From: Thalia democratica
Lineage: Eukaryota
NCBI GenBank assembly: GCA_965202585.1
Contig: OZ241829.1
Span: 50,716,001 to 50,780,000 of the forward strand
Length of the DNA stretch: 64,000 bases
Direction: 5' to 3'
The position numbers were made by a program, and so were the translations under genes. Under the pieces are notes generated by a model, which saw only the letters and a list, made by a program, of their open reading frames with translations, was not told the origin of the DNA and did no database searches. Positions 51,801 through 60,487 of this stretch are shown piece after piece. Numbering within the stretch: the first letter of the stretch is position 1; every line of letters starts with the position of its first letter.

Positions 51801-54800
51801 GTTTTGTTCATAAATATCTGTCCAGGTGAATTCACACACGCTCCAAGTGCTTATTGTGATAGTCTAAATAGTGTCCTCTCTATAGGGGTATGATTTAGCT
51901 ACTGTTGTTATTGGCAATCTTAATGCCCAGTTTGTCTTGATTGTTTCTGTACGAAGAAATTTGTCACACGATGCTGGCGCTCAATGAGTCCACTTGTTTG
52001 GGGACTGTATGGTGATACACTTCGATGTTCTATTTCCAACTACTCACAAGCTTTTTTAATTAATTTTTTTATTGATTGTTAAATTCTCTTTTATTGTTGC
52101 TAATAATAACTTGTGGGATTCAAACGTGCCCACACCAATGCGTTTTGTATTGTTTCTACCTGTTTGTTTGGTATCGGAGCAGTGACTAAAAAATGTGCCG
52201 CGATCATTCATTGTGAGATGTTTTGTTGTTCTCTGAGGCTACATCCATTGAGCCAACAGTGTCAATGTGCACGACCAGGAAACGTTCATTCCGCTGAGGA
52301 AAAAGTCACATTTAGGTTTATTGTGACGGGTTATTTTGACAGCTTGACACTCCACGCATGACCGAGTCCAATGTTCGACATCTTCTTTCAAATTCGGCCA
52401 CCAGTAATCCTGTGCAACCATAGTTGTGGATTTGACTATTCCTAGTTGTAGTCGTTGTTGGGCTATTTTAAAAGCATTGACGTTGCTTGGGGAGGCTGAC
52501 TGAGTGCATCAGCGACGATGTTTTCTGATCCTGGTATGTGTACCATTTCAGGGTCATACTGTTTGATTCTTTAAAGATCTCTTTGTTTGATGGTAGTTGG
52601 TCTTAAAGCTCGTTTCTTTCTGCATTTACCAAATCTGAACAATGAGATCTAATAATGAGTTTTGACCAAATTTTCTAGAATGAAAGTGTTTCATACTTTA
52701 AGAAAGAGCTCAAAGTTCTTTGTAGAAAACAGAGCGTACCCTAGTTAGCCTTGGTAGGCTTCTCGAAAAAACGCCAGAGGGACTATTTTCCCATCTTCTT
52801 TCTAATGCTCTAGAACTACCCTAAAATGAGTGTCAGAGGCGCCTGATGACAATATTAGGGGTTTGTTGTGATCTTTGTACTCTAACGTTGCTGCCTCAAC
52901 AAGTGCAAATTTTTGCATTTTCAAAAGATCGCACATGTGCTTCCTTCAGTTGTAGTATTGTCTTGTTAGTCTTTTTGGGCTCCCTGAGATCTCGTTCAAT
53001 GGTGCTGTTATCATTTTGGGGATAAACTTGTGGTAATAGTTTATTAATTCTAAGAACCTTTTTAGGTCTTTTCGGGTTAGCATTACAGGGTACTCCCTAA
53101 TAGCTTGAACTTTTGCACTTAAGACGTCTATTCCGTTGACCCCAACACAGTGACCAAGAAATTCAAGTTATGGTTTCGCAAAATCGAACTTTGATGTTTT
53201 GAGAAACAAACCGTTATGAGATAGTACATTTAATCCTCTTTTCACAGTTGTGTTCTTCTTCACTTTAGGAATAAATTAAATGTCATCCAAATAGACATAT
53301 TTAAAACTTTCACAACCTTTTAGTAGGCTTTCCATCTAGCTCTGAAAGCGCATGGGGGCATTTTTCAGCCCAGATTGACAACGTGACGGAATAAATATTC
53401 TATTGTGAGTTATCACGGCTGCATACATTCTGGAATTAACAGCTATAGGTAAGCTAAAGTAAGCCTCCTGAAGGTTCAAGTTTGTAAAAAAACTGGTCCA
53501 CTTGGAATGATAGCAGATTACTCATCGATTTTTGAAAATAAGTAGCATAAAGGTCGTGTGAAGGAGTTTAATCTGGTGTAATCCACACAAACTCTTAGAT
53601 CCCCGTCCTTCTTTTTACACACGTGTCCCGACTACCTCGCTTGACATTTCGCTTTTATAATAGGTCATTGAAATGCTCTATTTCGGGTTGTAGTTATCCA
53701 CCGCAATCTCAAGAGCGTGATTGTGTTTTGGACTTCGTTGTAGTCTGGCTCTCTGGTGGTTTCTGAAAATGCCTCTACTAGTTTCCTACATTTCTCTTTT
53801 AATGAGGAATATCCTGGCCAGTTACCGCTAACTTGTTAACTGAGACTACCATATTTGTAGCCATTTGGATAAGACATTTTGGCTACTGTTTTTGACCCTA
53901 TTTCACATAATTCTGCTGAAGCCGGTGATATGTTTACACGATGGTTCTTCAGTATGTCTAAACCATGGTTTCCTGGTAGGATCCAAAAAGTGTGCTTGAT
54001 GGTGTCTAAATCGCCTAGCTTAAGGGTAATATCGGCGCTACTACGCCTCTTATTCCCTGAATTGTTTTAATTTGAGGTGGGAAATATCTATTGACTCTAT
54101 TTGTGAGCTATTTAGGTAGAACTGATAGTTCATTTCCTTTATCCACCATGAACACCACGTTGCTGTTGGTATCTACTACAAACTGTAGATTTTGTTGTAG
54201 GTCTTTGGGGGGTCGATTGTTGGAGTCCTTTTTTACTGTAAATATCCATTTTTATACTTTACTCTACTTTGTATTAAGCACTGTCTTTAGCTGTCTATCG
54301 TTGATTAACTTTTGAGTAACGGAATGAGATTTTTCTGCATGCTGTCTAGAACTTTTAAAGTCAGAATTTTTTCTTTCATCATTCACAGCAAATGTGTTTT
54401 GGCTTTTTTCCCCTCTGTGGTCTGTACAATGCTTCTGAAATAATATATCTAAAATGTACTTTATTTATATTTTTCACAACTGTATGTTGACTTTGTTTTC
54501 CCTTTGTATGCATTACGGTGCTCTCTGGCATTATAGTTCGATGTAAATAGGGTGGAGCAGTTTGGCTGGTTTTATCCACAGCTTTTGATCCAATATTTTG
54601 ATTACTATCTTCACCAAGTAAATTAGTGCTTTTGTCTCTTGTAGACGACAATGTTCTTGAAATTTTGGAGACTGGGATTAGCTTATTGGTTCTGCTAGGC
54701 ATACCAGTCTTTGAGAGAAGACATTTACCCCCATTCTCTGATCCTTTCTATGTGAGGAGGACGGTTTGCCGTTTTTTTTATTTATATGGCGCAATAATAT

Positions 54801-57800
54801 CCCCCCATGTGTTGATTACTATCACACCCTTTGTTCAGTGTCTATAACAACGCTCATCATTTACCTGATTTATATATCGTCTGTTAATATAATTTTGATA
54901 GTGAGCGCTGTCAAACTAGTTTTTGGGACGTCCTTAGCCATAATTGACTTGTCTAATTGGTGGTTCATTTCTCTTTTGTAATGATTACTGTTCTTTTTTT
55001 TTGAGGTGTGTTAAAATACTTAACTTCCCTTGCTGCATCCCTAGTTTTCCCATGTATGCATCACAAATGTCCATTACCCACCTTTTAAAATCAACCAACC
55101 CAAGTTAAAGAGTAATTGATACTGTGTTTTTCAAGTGGTTTGGGATCAAGTGTAAGTAAAAGAACTTGTGTAAAGCTTCCTTATCTTCTAATTCCATCAT
55201 CAATTTGTTGACTTCGCTATTAAGGTCACATCCACTGATGGCGTGATGTTGTTTTTTTGGTAGTAAGACCCTTGGTAGTACTCCTTTTTTTTTATGAGAT
55301 ATCTTCGTAAACTTTTAAAATCCCTATGATTAGGCTCCGTGCATAATAAATAGGCTGACATGTCGTTATTCGGCCAAAATTCGCGAAGCACCCAGTATTT
55401 CTCAGCGTTATCAGTAATGCCTTGATTGGCCATTTTTTTTCTCGAAGTACAAGAACTAAGCCTTCGCACTTTCAATATCAAATTTAAAAGTCTTTAGCCA
55501 CTTGAGTCTCTAATCTCTCAATCTAATTGACTCAGGGTTCATGATCCGCACACTCTCATATTATTTTTTATAAACTGTTGGTAATAAGGTGTTAGCACTA
55601 ATATGTTTTGTGCTAGCTGAATAATTTGGTGTTTCCATGTAGTGCAATGGTTCTCTTACAGTTGTGGGGAGATTTTGTCTAGTATCTTTAGCAGGGAGAT
55701 TTGTGCTAGTATCTTTGGCTGAATAATATGGTGCTTTACTTTTGTGCAAGGGTTCTCTTACAGTTGTGAAAATATTTTGCCCAATGCCAAAACTATTTTG
55801 TTCATGTCAATTCTTTCCCCTACCTGTTCACTTTGATCTACTTGAGTCACTTATCTGGTTAATTACGCCTCAGCAGCTGTAATTCCTCTTCTAATGCTCC
55901 AGCTGCTTTTTGTCTTTACAGTTCCTGATTTACTCAATTTAACTGTCTGACTTCATCCTCTAAAGTTTTTGTTAGCCAACTAGCAGTATAAGCTATGTTT
56001 CCTGCCATCATGGGACTATTTTCATTTTTTAAACTCAAAAAGTTGGGTCTTCCTACATCTGTAGTATCAGGAGGTCCCATGTACTTATTAGAATACGGGT
56101 CACCATTTTTAATAGACCCAGCATGGTTTGGGTTGTTACTTTTAGAGGTAAGAGCTTTGATCCTTTTTTGGCCACACGTTTGAGTGTTTAACTCTAAAAG
56201 TAATATCTGAGCTTTCCTCACTCATTGTACTACTATTATATCACAATTAGAATATATGAATATTAGAGCTATTTTTAGTCATTAACTGCCAAGTATACAT
56301 AAAACTCTAGTAATAGCTGTGCTCAAATGTTTATTCAACAAAGCAATACAAAAAATACACTAACTAATCTTGTAGCAACTGATGAAACAGAATAATCGTA
56401 AGAAAACATAAATGCTTTCCGGTGCCAATTTTATAAAAAAAAGTGTGGTAGGGAAAAAGCTAAAAGTAACAAAGGAAATTTTGTTACACTACATCAAAAA
56501 AAATCAGTTCTTTCAAAACTAGAATCTATAGTTTTTTTAAGTCAAATCTGTTAAACACCTTTCTGAGTTTTTTTTGAAAGCCATTAATAATTGGACCTAA
56601 CTTACTTTCTACGATAGCTAAGCCATCGTCTCTATTAATTCCAAACTTGTTTTGCTGAAAGATATTTTCGTTCTCAAGTTCATATAATATAAGCAACCCT
56701 ACTAGTTCGCATACTTCTGCAATTTGAAAACTTCCCTGCGGCATATCAAAACCATCACCCGTATCCTTCTTCGACCACGCACAGTTATTATAAATAAGGA
56801 TTGATTAGCAGAAGTGAACTACTGTGTCAATTTCGTCCTTACTAATTGCGCAATAGTTTTTAGCTAATGCTAAAGCTTCTAGCAGCGTATTTCTAGAAAT
56901 ACTCGGGTAGAAGTCTTTGACAACAAACTTAATGAATCTATGCTTTTGTTTGTTATCAATATTATTGAACTAGTAATAACGAATTGAGTGTTTTTCCATT
57001 AGTTTGACTTCATAACAGACCTCATACTATTAACTAACTTATCTAAAATGTTCATAGCTATTTGGCCGATATTTGTTTTAGACGGGTTTATTACTCTACA
57101 CTTAGGTTTATTTGGAAATCCAGGTTTATGATTTTTTAAAGTAATAAATGCATCTTGTTGTTGTAATTTTCGAATTTGACAGGAAATTTTTTAAGTTACT
57201 GATAGTTTTTCGAGCTTCTTCATCAATTATTTCTAATGCGTTGCTTTCGCACTTTTTGTAGTTTGTAGTTATGTTTTTTTTTAGTAGGTTTTTGTTATAC
57301 TTAGGTTTATTTTTATTAATATTTAGTGAATTGTCAGCAAAATTAATTTATTTATTTGAGTTTCTTATTTCTTATAAATCATATCTAATTTTTGTGAACA
57401 ACGGGTTAATTAATCCTATTTTTATGCATCTGGTTGATCACTAGTTGTTTCTGGTTTATAAAGATTAGTCAAACTTAGTGCTAAGTAAATTATTTGAGCA
57501 GACCTTTTAAACACTTCGTATTTTTTTTTAAGTATTTTTTTTGAGTTATTTTATTTATAAAGTACTTTAAATTAAAGGTTTTTATTTATATTTATTTATT
57601 TTAAGTTTCTCTTTTCTAGTTGAAACAAATAAAACACACCTTTTTGCATGATTTATGTAGACTTAGTGTATAAAATATATATATTAAAACTAAATACCTT
57701 TTTATCTAGGCACGGAGTTTCAACAGAGGAGCACAATAGAGTAAGAAGTGAACTTCGTGATATGAAGAGAAAGTTGAGTCAGTTTCAAAGATGTATTTCT

Positions 57801-57893
57801 GAAGAACAACAAACCATCGGTTTTTCAAGCCCCTCGCAATATAATAATAATTTACGTAAATCCTTAAATTCGTCATCCCACGCCAACTTTTAA
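21667..57893 (+). CDS. CEP83: Centrosomal protein CEP83 (CCDC41), 14 coding exons, 2016 nt, 671 aa
   Basis: Exons 21667-21848, 28342-28480, 31604-31717, 32426-32544, 33247-33385, 35713-35844, 35968-36092, 36691-36812, 39605-39749, 42228-42377, 42762-42995, 43141-43269, 43371-43472, 57710-57893, phases all consistent. [44 protein letters not shown] and [18 protein letters not shown] match human CEP83 ([53 protein letters not shown]) as remembered. Confidence 0.92.
21973..22070 (-). repeat. ~95-bp dispersed hairpin repeat, copy 6 (diverged), in CEP83 intron 1
   Basis: Plus strand TATTGAAC..GCTCAAAA..GGTCATCGAGTTGCATACC. Confidence 0.6.
22454..23048. mobile_element. hAT-type MITE in CEP83 intron 1
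   Basis: TIRs TAGGGGTGGGCAA / TTGCTCACCCCTA; 8-bp flanks CTCTATAC / CACTATAC (7/8). Confidence 0.8.
23555..24270. repeat. Foldback MITE with ~130-bp inverted arms plus an adjacent partial inverted second copy
   Basis: 23557-23690 is the reverse complement of 23875-24005 (shared AAAGGTTTGATCATACCACTTTGATTATCA); 24028-24270 is an inverted copy of the core and left arm. Confidence 0.75.
24600..25720 (-). mobile_element. Penelope-like element 3' fragment (GIY-YIG endonuclease end + 3' UTR) with inverted terminal arms
   Basis: Minus strand 25620-25285 reads [52 protein letters not shown]; 24731-24851 and 25602-25720 are inverted repeats. Confidence 0.75.
25751..27545 (+). mobile_element. Decayed hAT-like DNA transposon
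   Basis: Broken frames 26450-27480 ([33 protein letters not shown]) resemble hAT transposase; candidate ends CAGGGTTCTAAT / ATTAGGAACCCTA; TSD not clean. Confidence 0.6.
28342..28480 (+). CDS. CEP83: CEP83 exon 2
   Basis: tttttag / gtaag; [15 protein letters not shown].. Confidence 0.9.
28590..31145 (+). mobile_element. CR1-like LINE, 5'-truncated and decayed (RT + 3' UTR), interrupted at ~29620-30050
   Basis: [49 protein letters not shown] motifs with stops and frameshifts; AAT-rich 3' end. Confidence 0.85.
31604..31717 (+). CDS. CEP83: CEP83 exon 3
   Basis: [28 protein letters not shown], homologous to [28 protein letters not shown]. Confidence 0.9.
32426..32544 (+). CDS. CEP83: CEP83 exon 4
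   Basis: [20 protein letters not shown].. Confidence 0.92.
33247..33385 (+). CDS. CEP83: CEP83 exon 5
   Basis: cag / gtaag; [19 protein letters not shown].. Confidence 0.88.
34070..34311. mobile_element. hAT-type MITE related to 22454-23048
   Basis: Ends TAGGGGTGTGCA / TTGCATACTCTA, internal GGCCCGC/GGCCGC motifs; no clean TSD. Confidence 0.55.
35713..35844 (+). CDS. CEP83: CEP83 exon 6
   Basis: Phase 0/0 coiled-coil exon [13 protein letters not shown].. Confidence 0.85.
35968..36092 (+). CDS. CEP83: CEP83 exon 7
   Basis: [23 protein letters not shown], homologous to [23 protein letters not shown]. Confidence 0.87.
36691..36812 (+). CDS. CEP83: CEP83 exon 8
   Basis: aacag / gtttg, phase 2/1. 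Confidence 0.85.
39605..39749 (+). CDS. CEP83: CEP83 exon 9
   Basis: ttag / gtttg, phase 1/2; [19 protein letters not shown].. Confidence 0.85.
40118..42101 (+). mobile_element. Transib/RAG1-like DNA transposon, internally deleted non-autonomous copy, 1984 bp, in CEP83 intron 9
   Basis: Both ends begin CACAGTGGGCTG; perfect 5-bp TSD ACATG (40113-40117, 42102-42106); transposase C-terminal remnant inside. Confidence 0.92.
40921..41490 (+). pseudogene. Transib/RAG1-like transposase C-terminal half (one premature stop at 41320)
   Basis: [60 protein letters not shown] parallels RAG1 [42 protein letters not shown]..HHW; ends [14 protein letters not shown]. Confidence 0.85.
42228..42377 (+). CDS. 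CEP83: CEP83 exon 10
   Basis: Polypyrimidine tag / gtaaat, phase 2/2; [14 protein letters not shown].. Confidence 0.85.
42326..42529 (+). repeat. 104-bp tandem duplication of CEP83 exon 10 3' end, donor site and intron start
   Basis: ATAAT.A.GAAATCGAA..TAAGAATACAATAAAAAATC.T.ATATACTCAAGTAAATAATAAGTTTAAAACCATT occurs at 42326 and 42430. Confidence 0.9.
42762..42995 (+). CDS. CEP83: CEP83 exon 11
   Basis: tag / gtgtg, phase 2/2; contains ORF-track peptide [15 protein letters not shown].. Confidence 0.85.
43141..43269 (+). CDS. CEP83: CEP83 exon 12
   Basis: ttacag / gttagt; [17 protein letters not shown].. Confidence 0.83.
43371..43472 (+). CDS. CEP83: CEP83 exon 13
   Basis: caaag / gttgg; [29 protein letters not shown]. 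Confidence 0.75.
44340..44856 (-). mobile_element. Penelope-like element 1, 3' part (C-terminus + 3' UTR)
   Basis: [39 protein letters not shown], a typical PLE GIY-YIG C-terminus. Confidence 0.8.
44345..44396 (-). ncRNA. Degenerate hammerhead-ribozyme-like motif in the PLE 3' UTR
   Basis: UUGAGGA-GUG-cguagg-UAC-GAAA-CUUG-aguucug-CAAG-UU: stems II and III pair, core C3 is U, stem I is poor. Hammerheads in PLE UTRs are established. Confidence 0.35.
44857..47354 (-). CDS. pol: Gypsy pol: protease, RT, RNase H, integrase N-terminal part (intact frame)
   Basis: [65 protein letters not shown]; last 12 aa of the track ORF are read-through into the PLE. Confidence 0.95.
47499..47548 (-). promoter_or_regulatory. 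Programmed -1 ribosomal frameshift signal at the gag end
   Basis: Heptamer A AAA AAC (47548-47542) in gag frame, followed 3 nt later by a 12-bp stem TTCCCATCTTCA / TGAGGATGGGAA; the -1 frame is open (47602-47336 ORF). Confidence 0.7.
47518..48723 (-). CDS. gag: Gypsy gag, 401 aa
   Basis: Intact ORF upstream of pol; C-terminal [15 protein letters not shown] (CX2HX9C) motif of CsRn1-like elements. Confidence 0.88.
   Translation of the reverse strand: MIKTKKGLRQKNKLTGHADTEPSVSADFNGDSDLISNSQSPSNIQATINSAHETEVSAQTRDNNEIVDFNALDEVDLDVEDLAHLLEQAKVLEKKNKLKNELKAIYRRLDTNKTINDSGLTLNNHTSHALGEMSTQISFKKKTLENCKLFQKIDAVRDPAVELRFFEDRCTAYGITSEMEKFEILQRIWPRSDIIDFVETHDEDRTYSSLVNFLQGKGSKLPRILGASPSWPEPVQFQDLFLAAKQWAKSKEEDRIKYFMHRHAPNNLKNKIKECFGLEYNEFIRRTEFICDIEEQRVFENAKNFSYEPQRFKHNKRYYKQKWHENIPQKREHFRSYEHSRSQGYFGEGYNKRTNYEQNALCHKHAKFGDRADYCAAVSTCPMSPLRQQHDQKNDFPSSKQ
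48882..49162 (+). CDS. Gypsy integrase catalytic core, direct continuation of the minus-strand pol
   Basis: [37 protein letters not shown] continues ..LTAKDRAT without loss. Confidence 0.9.
49163..50092 (-). mobile_element. Penelope-like element 1, 5' part (RT remnant to GIY-YIG), decayed
   Basis: [66 protein letters not shown]. Confidence 0.85.
50092..50294 (-). pseudogene. Histone H4 pseudogene, 3'-truncated
   Basis: [40 protein letters not shown] / [18 protein letters not shown]; 1-nt frameshift and many substitutions. Confidence 0.9.
50390..50724 (-). pseudogene. Histone H2B pseudogene
   Basis: [47 protein letters not shown] with indels and stops. Confidence 0.85.
51300..56230 (-). mobile_element. 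Second Ty3/Gypsy element, heavily decayed (gag ~56220-55000, PR ~54250, RT/RH ~53750-52500, IN ~52450-51500)
   Basis: [41 protein letters not shown]-like and FLGHC fragments; gag peptide related to the first gag; PPT AGAAGGAGAGAAG (51460-51448) followed by TG. Confidence 0.8.
56480..57470 (-). mobile_element. Penelope-like element 2, decayed RT fragment
   Basis: [30 protein letters not shown]-like, [29 protein letters not shown]; overlaps the homologous part of PLE 1, so it is a separate copy. Confidence 0.8.
57710..57893 (+). CDS. CEP83: CEP83 exon 14 (terminal exon of the short form)
   Basis: tttatctag acceptor, phase 2; [25 protein letters not shown]; TAA followed immediately by AATAAA (57894-57899). 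Confidence 0.85.
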
Positions 57894-58121
57894 AATAAAT
57901 TTTATTGTATTACGTTTCATTACGCTTTCAAAATACATATAATTTTTATTACGTTTTTTTTTTTCAGTTATGTTAGTCTACGCATGTTTTAAATATTGTA
58001 AACATAAAAAACTAATGTAGAGTATATTGAGTTAGTGAGTTTTATTGTTAGAAAGAAATAGTTGCAGATATTATATTATGAAGCACCATTTTTTGTTGAA
58101 AACATAACTTTTAAATTACAG

Positions 58122-60487
58122 GTGAGTGTGACTACGCATCAACTTCTTGGTGTAACAGCAGACCGTACCAAAGTACTGCTGAAATATGCTTTAATCCTAC
58201 TAAGAAGTTTCTTAAAAGATTTGGTTACAAAGCTAGCATTGAATACTTAGAAAGGTGCATTAAAAATTTTCTGTGTAGAATTAGAAGTTACAACAAAGTT
58301 ACAGATAAAATTAAAGACTTTAGCTACCCTTGCGATTTGCTAATTCAATTAAATAATGAAATAACCACTGCTCTGACTTCTTTAAAAAACCAGCAAGTTA
58401 AAGACTTTTCGACAAACACTAATACTCAAATCTTTGTAAACAAGAGTACTTCTTACAACCCTTACTCTAACAAAGGATGTTGTATCAATAAAGCAAAAGT
58501 CTCTGTTGATAAGTGTTTTTCGAACATAAGTAGCGTACTGCCCAAAGTAGATGTTGACAACGTAGTTACAAATAATAAGCAAGTAAGAAGTTCATCTACT
58601 TTTAGCTCTTATAACTGTAATATAAACAAACCTTCAGTTGGTTGCTTAAATATTATTTCAAAAAGCACAGAAGAAATTTTACCTAAGTTACCAACTTTTT
58701 TTGCAGCGAACAAGTCTTCTGAAAACCTTTTGAAAAAAAACTTTAAAAAAGATAAAATTGTTCAACATAATAAAGATTTCCAAATGTTTTTGGGCAATGT
58801 TGGTTTTTTAACTAACACAAAAGTTTGCAAACCTGATATTAAACCAACTAAATGCTCAAGTCAAATTATTTCTAAAGAAGAATCTTCAAACTATAATAAT
58901 ACACATCCAATCGCATCAATTTTCGACAAAAATAAAACACATTTAGCCACTGGAAAACTTAAAAATTTTAAAAGTACAGCGAGTTCAGATTTTAGTGTAG
59001 TTCCAAGTCATTTTAATTCAGTTTCTCACAATAAAGATCTCAAAGCTGTTGAGTCAGAAGGTTGCCCGGAAAATTCTTCAAATATGTGGGTCCACCCTTC
59101 TAGTTTAATTACGAATAAGCAAAAAAGTATTTTTAATAAACTGAAATCTTCTTATTTTAATTTGTCTCCAACAAAAACATCACATTCCAGTTTTGATGTC
59201 AATAAAGCTAGCTTTTCGCATTCAAAATTGCCATCAAATATCATAACTACAGATAATAAGGACTATAGTAAAAGTTTAAAAGAGAATTTAAATAGAACAC
59301 AAAATCCTACCAAAAGCACTTCAAAACCTTCGAGCGATGCGGTTGGTATAGTTTATAAAAAAAGTTTACCTAAAGAAAATTGTTTTGAACAAGTTAATAC
59401 AAGCAAACATAATTTGCTTGATGCGAACAAAGTTTCAACAGCTTTAAATAGTAGTTGTTTCACGAATGAATCTGCGGCGATAAGTTCTTTAAATTGTAAA
59501 AATCTATTAATGCCAAATTTAGATAAAAGCAAATTGATGGAAGGTGTATACAATGAGGTAAAAAACTGTTTTTTGCATTACTTTGACGTTTTTAATGATA
59601 TTAGTCTTCCTTGTCAATCTAATAATCACGTTAAAGACCAAATAGATCTTAAAGTACCGTTTTTATGTAAAACAAAAAATAACGAAAAGAAAAACATATC
59701 AAAAGCTAGTTATAAATTAACTGAAAACAAAAAATCATTCATGAAACCTTTAAACAGTCAAAAACTTCCTTGCCATAAATCTAAAGATGATAGAATTTTT
59801 AATAAAGCCTTCTCAAAAAACCTTATGCCTGCTAAAAACTATGACAGAAATAAAACTAATTGTGGTTCCGCTTTACCTATTTTTAAAACATTTCCACAGA
59901 AAGTACCAAACAGAACCAAGTCAAATAATAGTAATTATTCTGATAAAAACTGTATGAAACAATATTTGTCGTGTAATGATAAAACAATAGCTAAGGTACC
60001 TAAAAAGACAATGTCCGTTTTAACTCTTGGAAAGGAGTTTTATAGTTTTAAACTAAATTTCCATCAGTCTGCAGCTAGTTGCAATAACTTTAAAAACCAA
60101 CTATGTAAAGATTACAGAAATTTCAAGCTTCAGACTTCCTCCTCAAATTGTAAGATAAAGATTTCTAATAAGAACAATTATGTTAACACTGCACATACAA
60201 CAAAACTTCATTCTAAAAGCACTGCTGAATTAGTTGCAACCAATCAAAAAGTTTCAGCTCCGTCAAATAAAATCTGCAGTGTTAAATCAAAAACTCACTC
60301 CAGCTTATCCAACAGCTTAAACTTAATAAATATATCAAAGAGCAGTAATCATGTCTCAAAAAGGGACCGAAAAATCAGTTCTGTTAAGAACAATGCAAGC
60401 AAGCTTAAAATTAAGTTTTCAAGCCCAAATTGTAACTCAGATACAGTTTTATCTAATAACCCTAAAGATCACTTTAAAAAAATCTAA
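58122..60487 (+). CDS. 2366-nt open exon encoding ~788 aa of Ser/Asn/Lys-rich, probably disordered protein; candidate CEP83 exon 15 or last exon of an unknown gene
   Basis: The frame of the 716-aa track ORF stays open upstream to 58115, with no ATG before the track start, and begins at a ttacag acceptor (58121, phase 1). About 790 stop-free codons in DNA this AT-rich are unlikely by chance. Confidence 0.75.
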
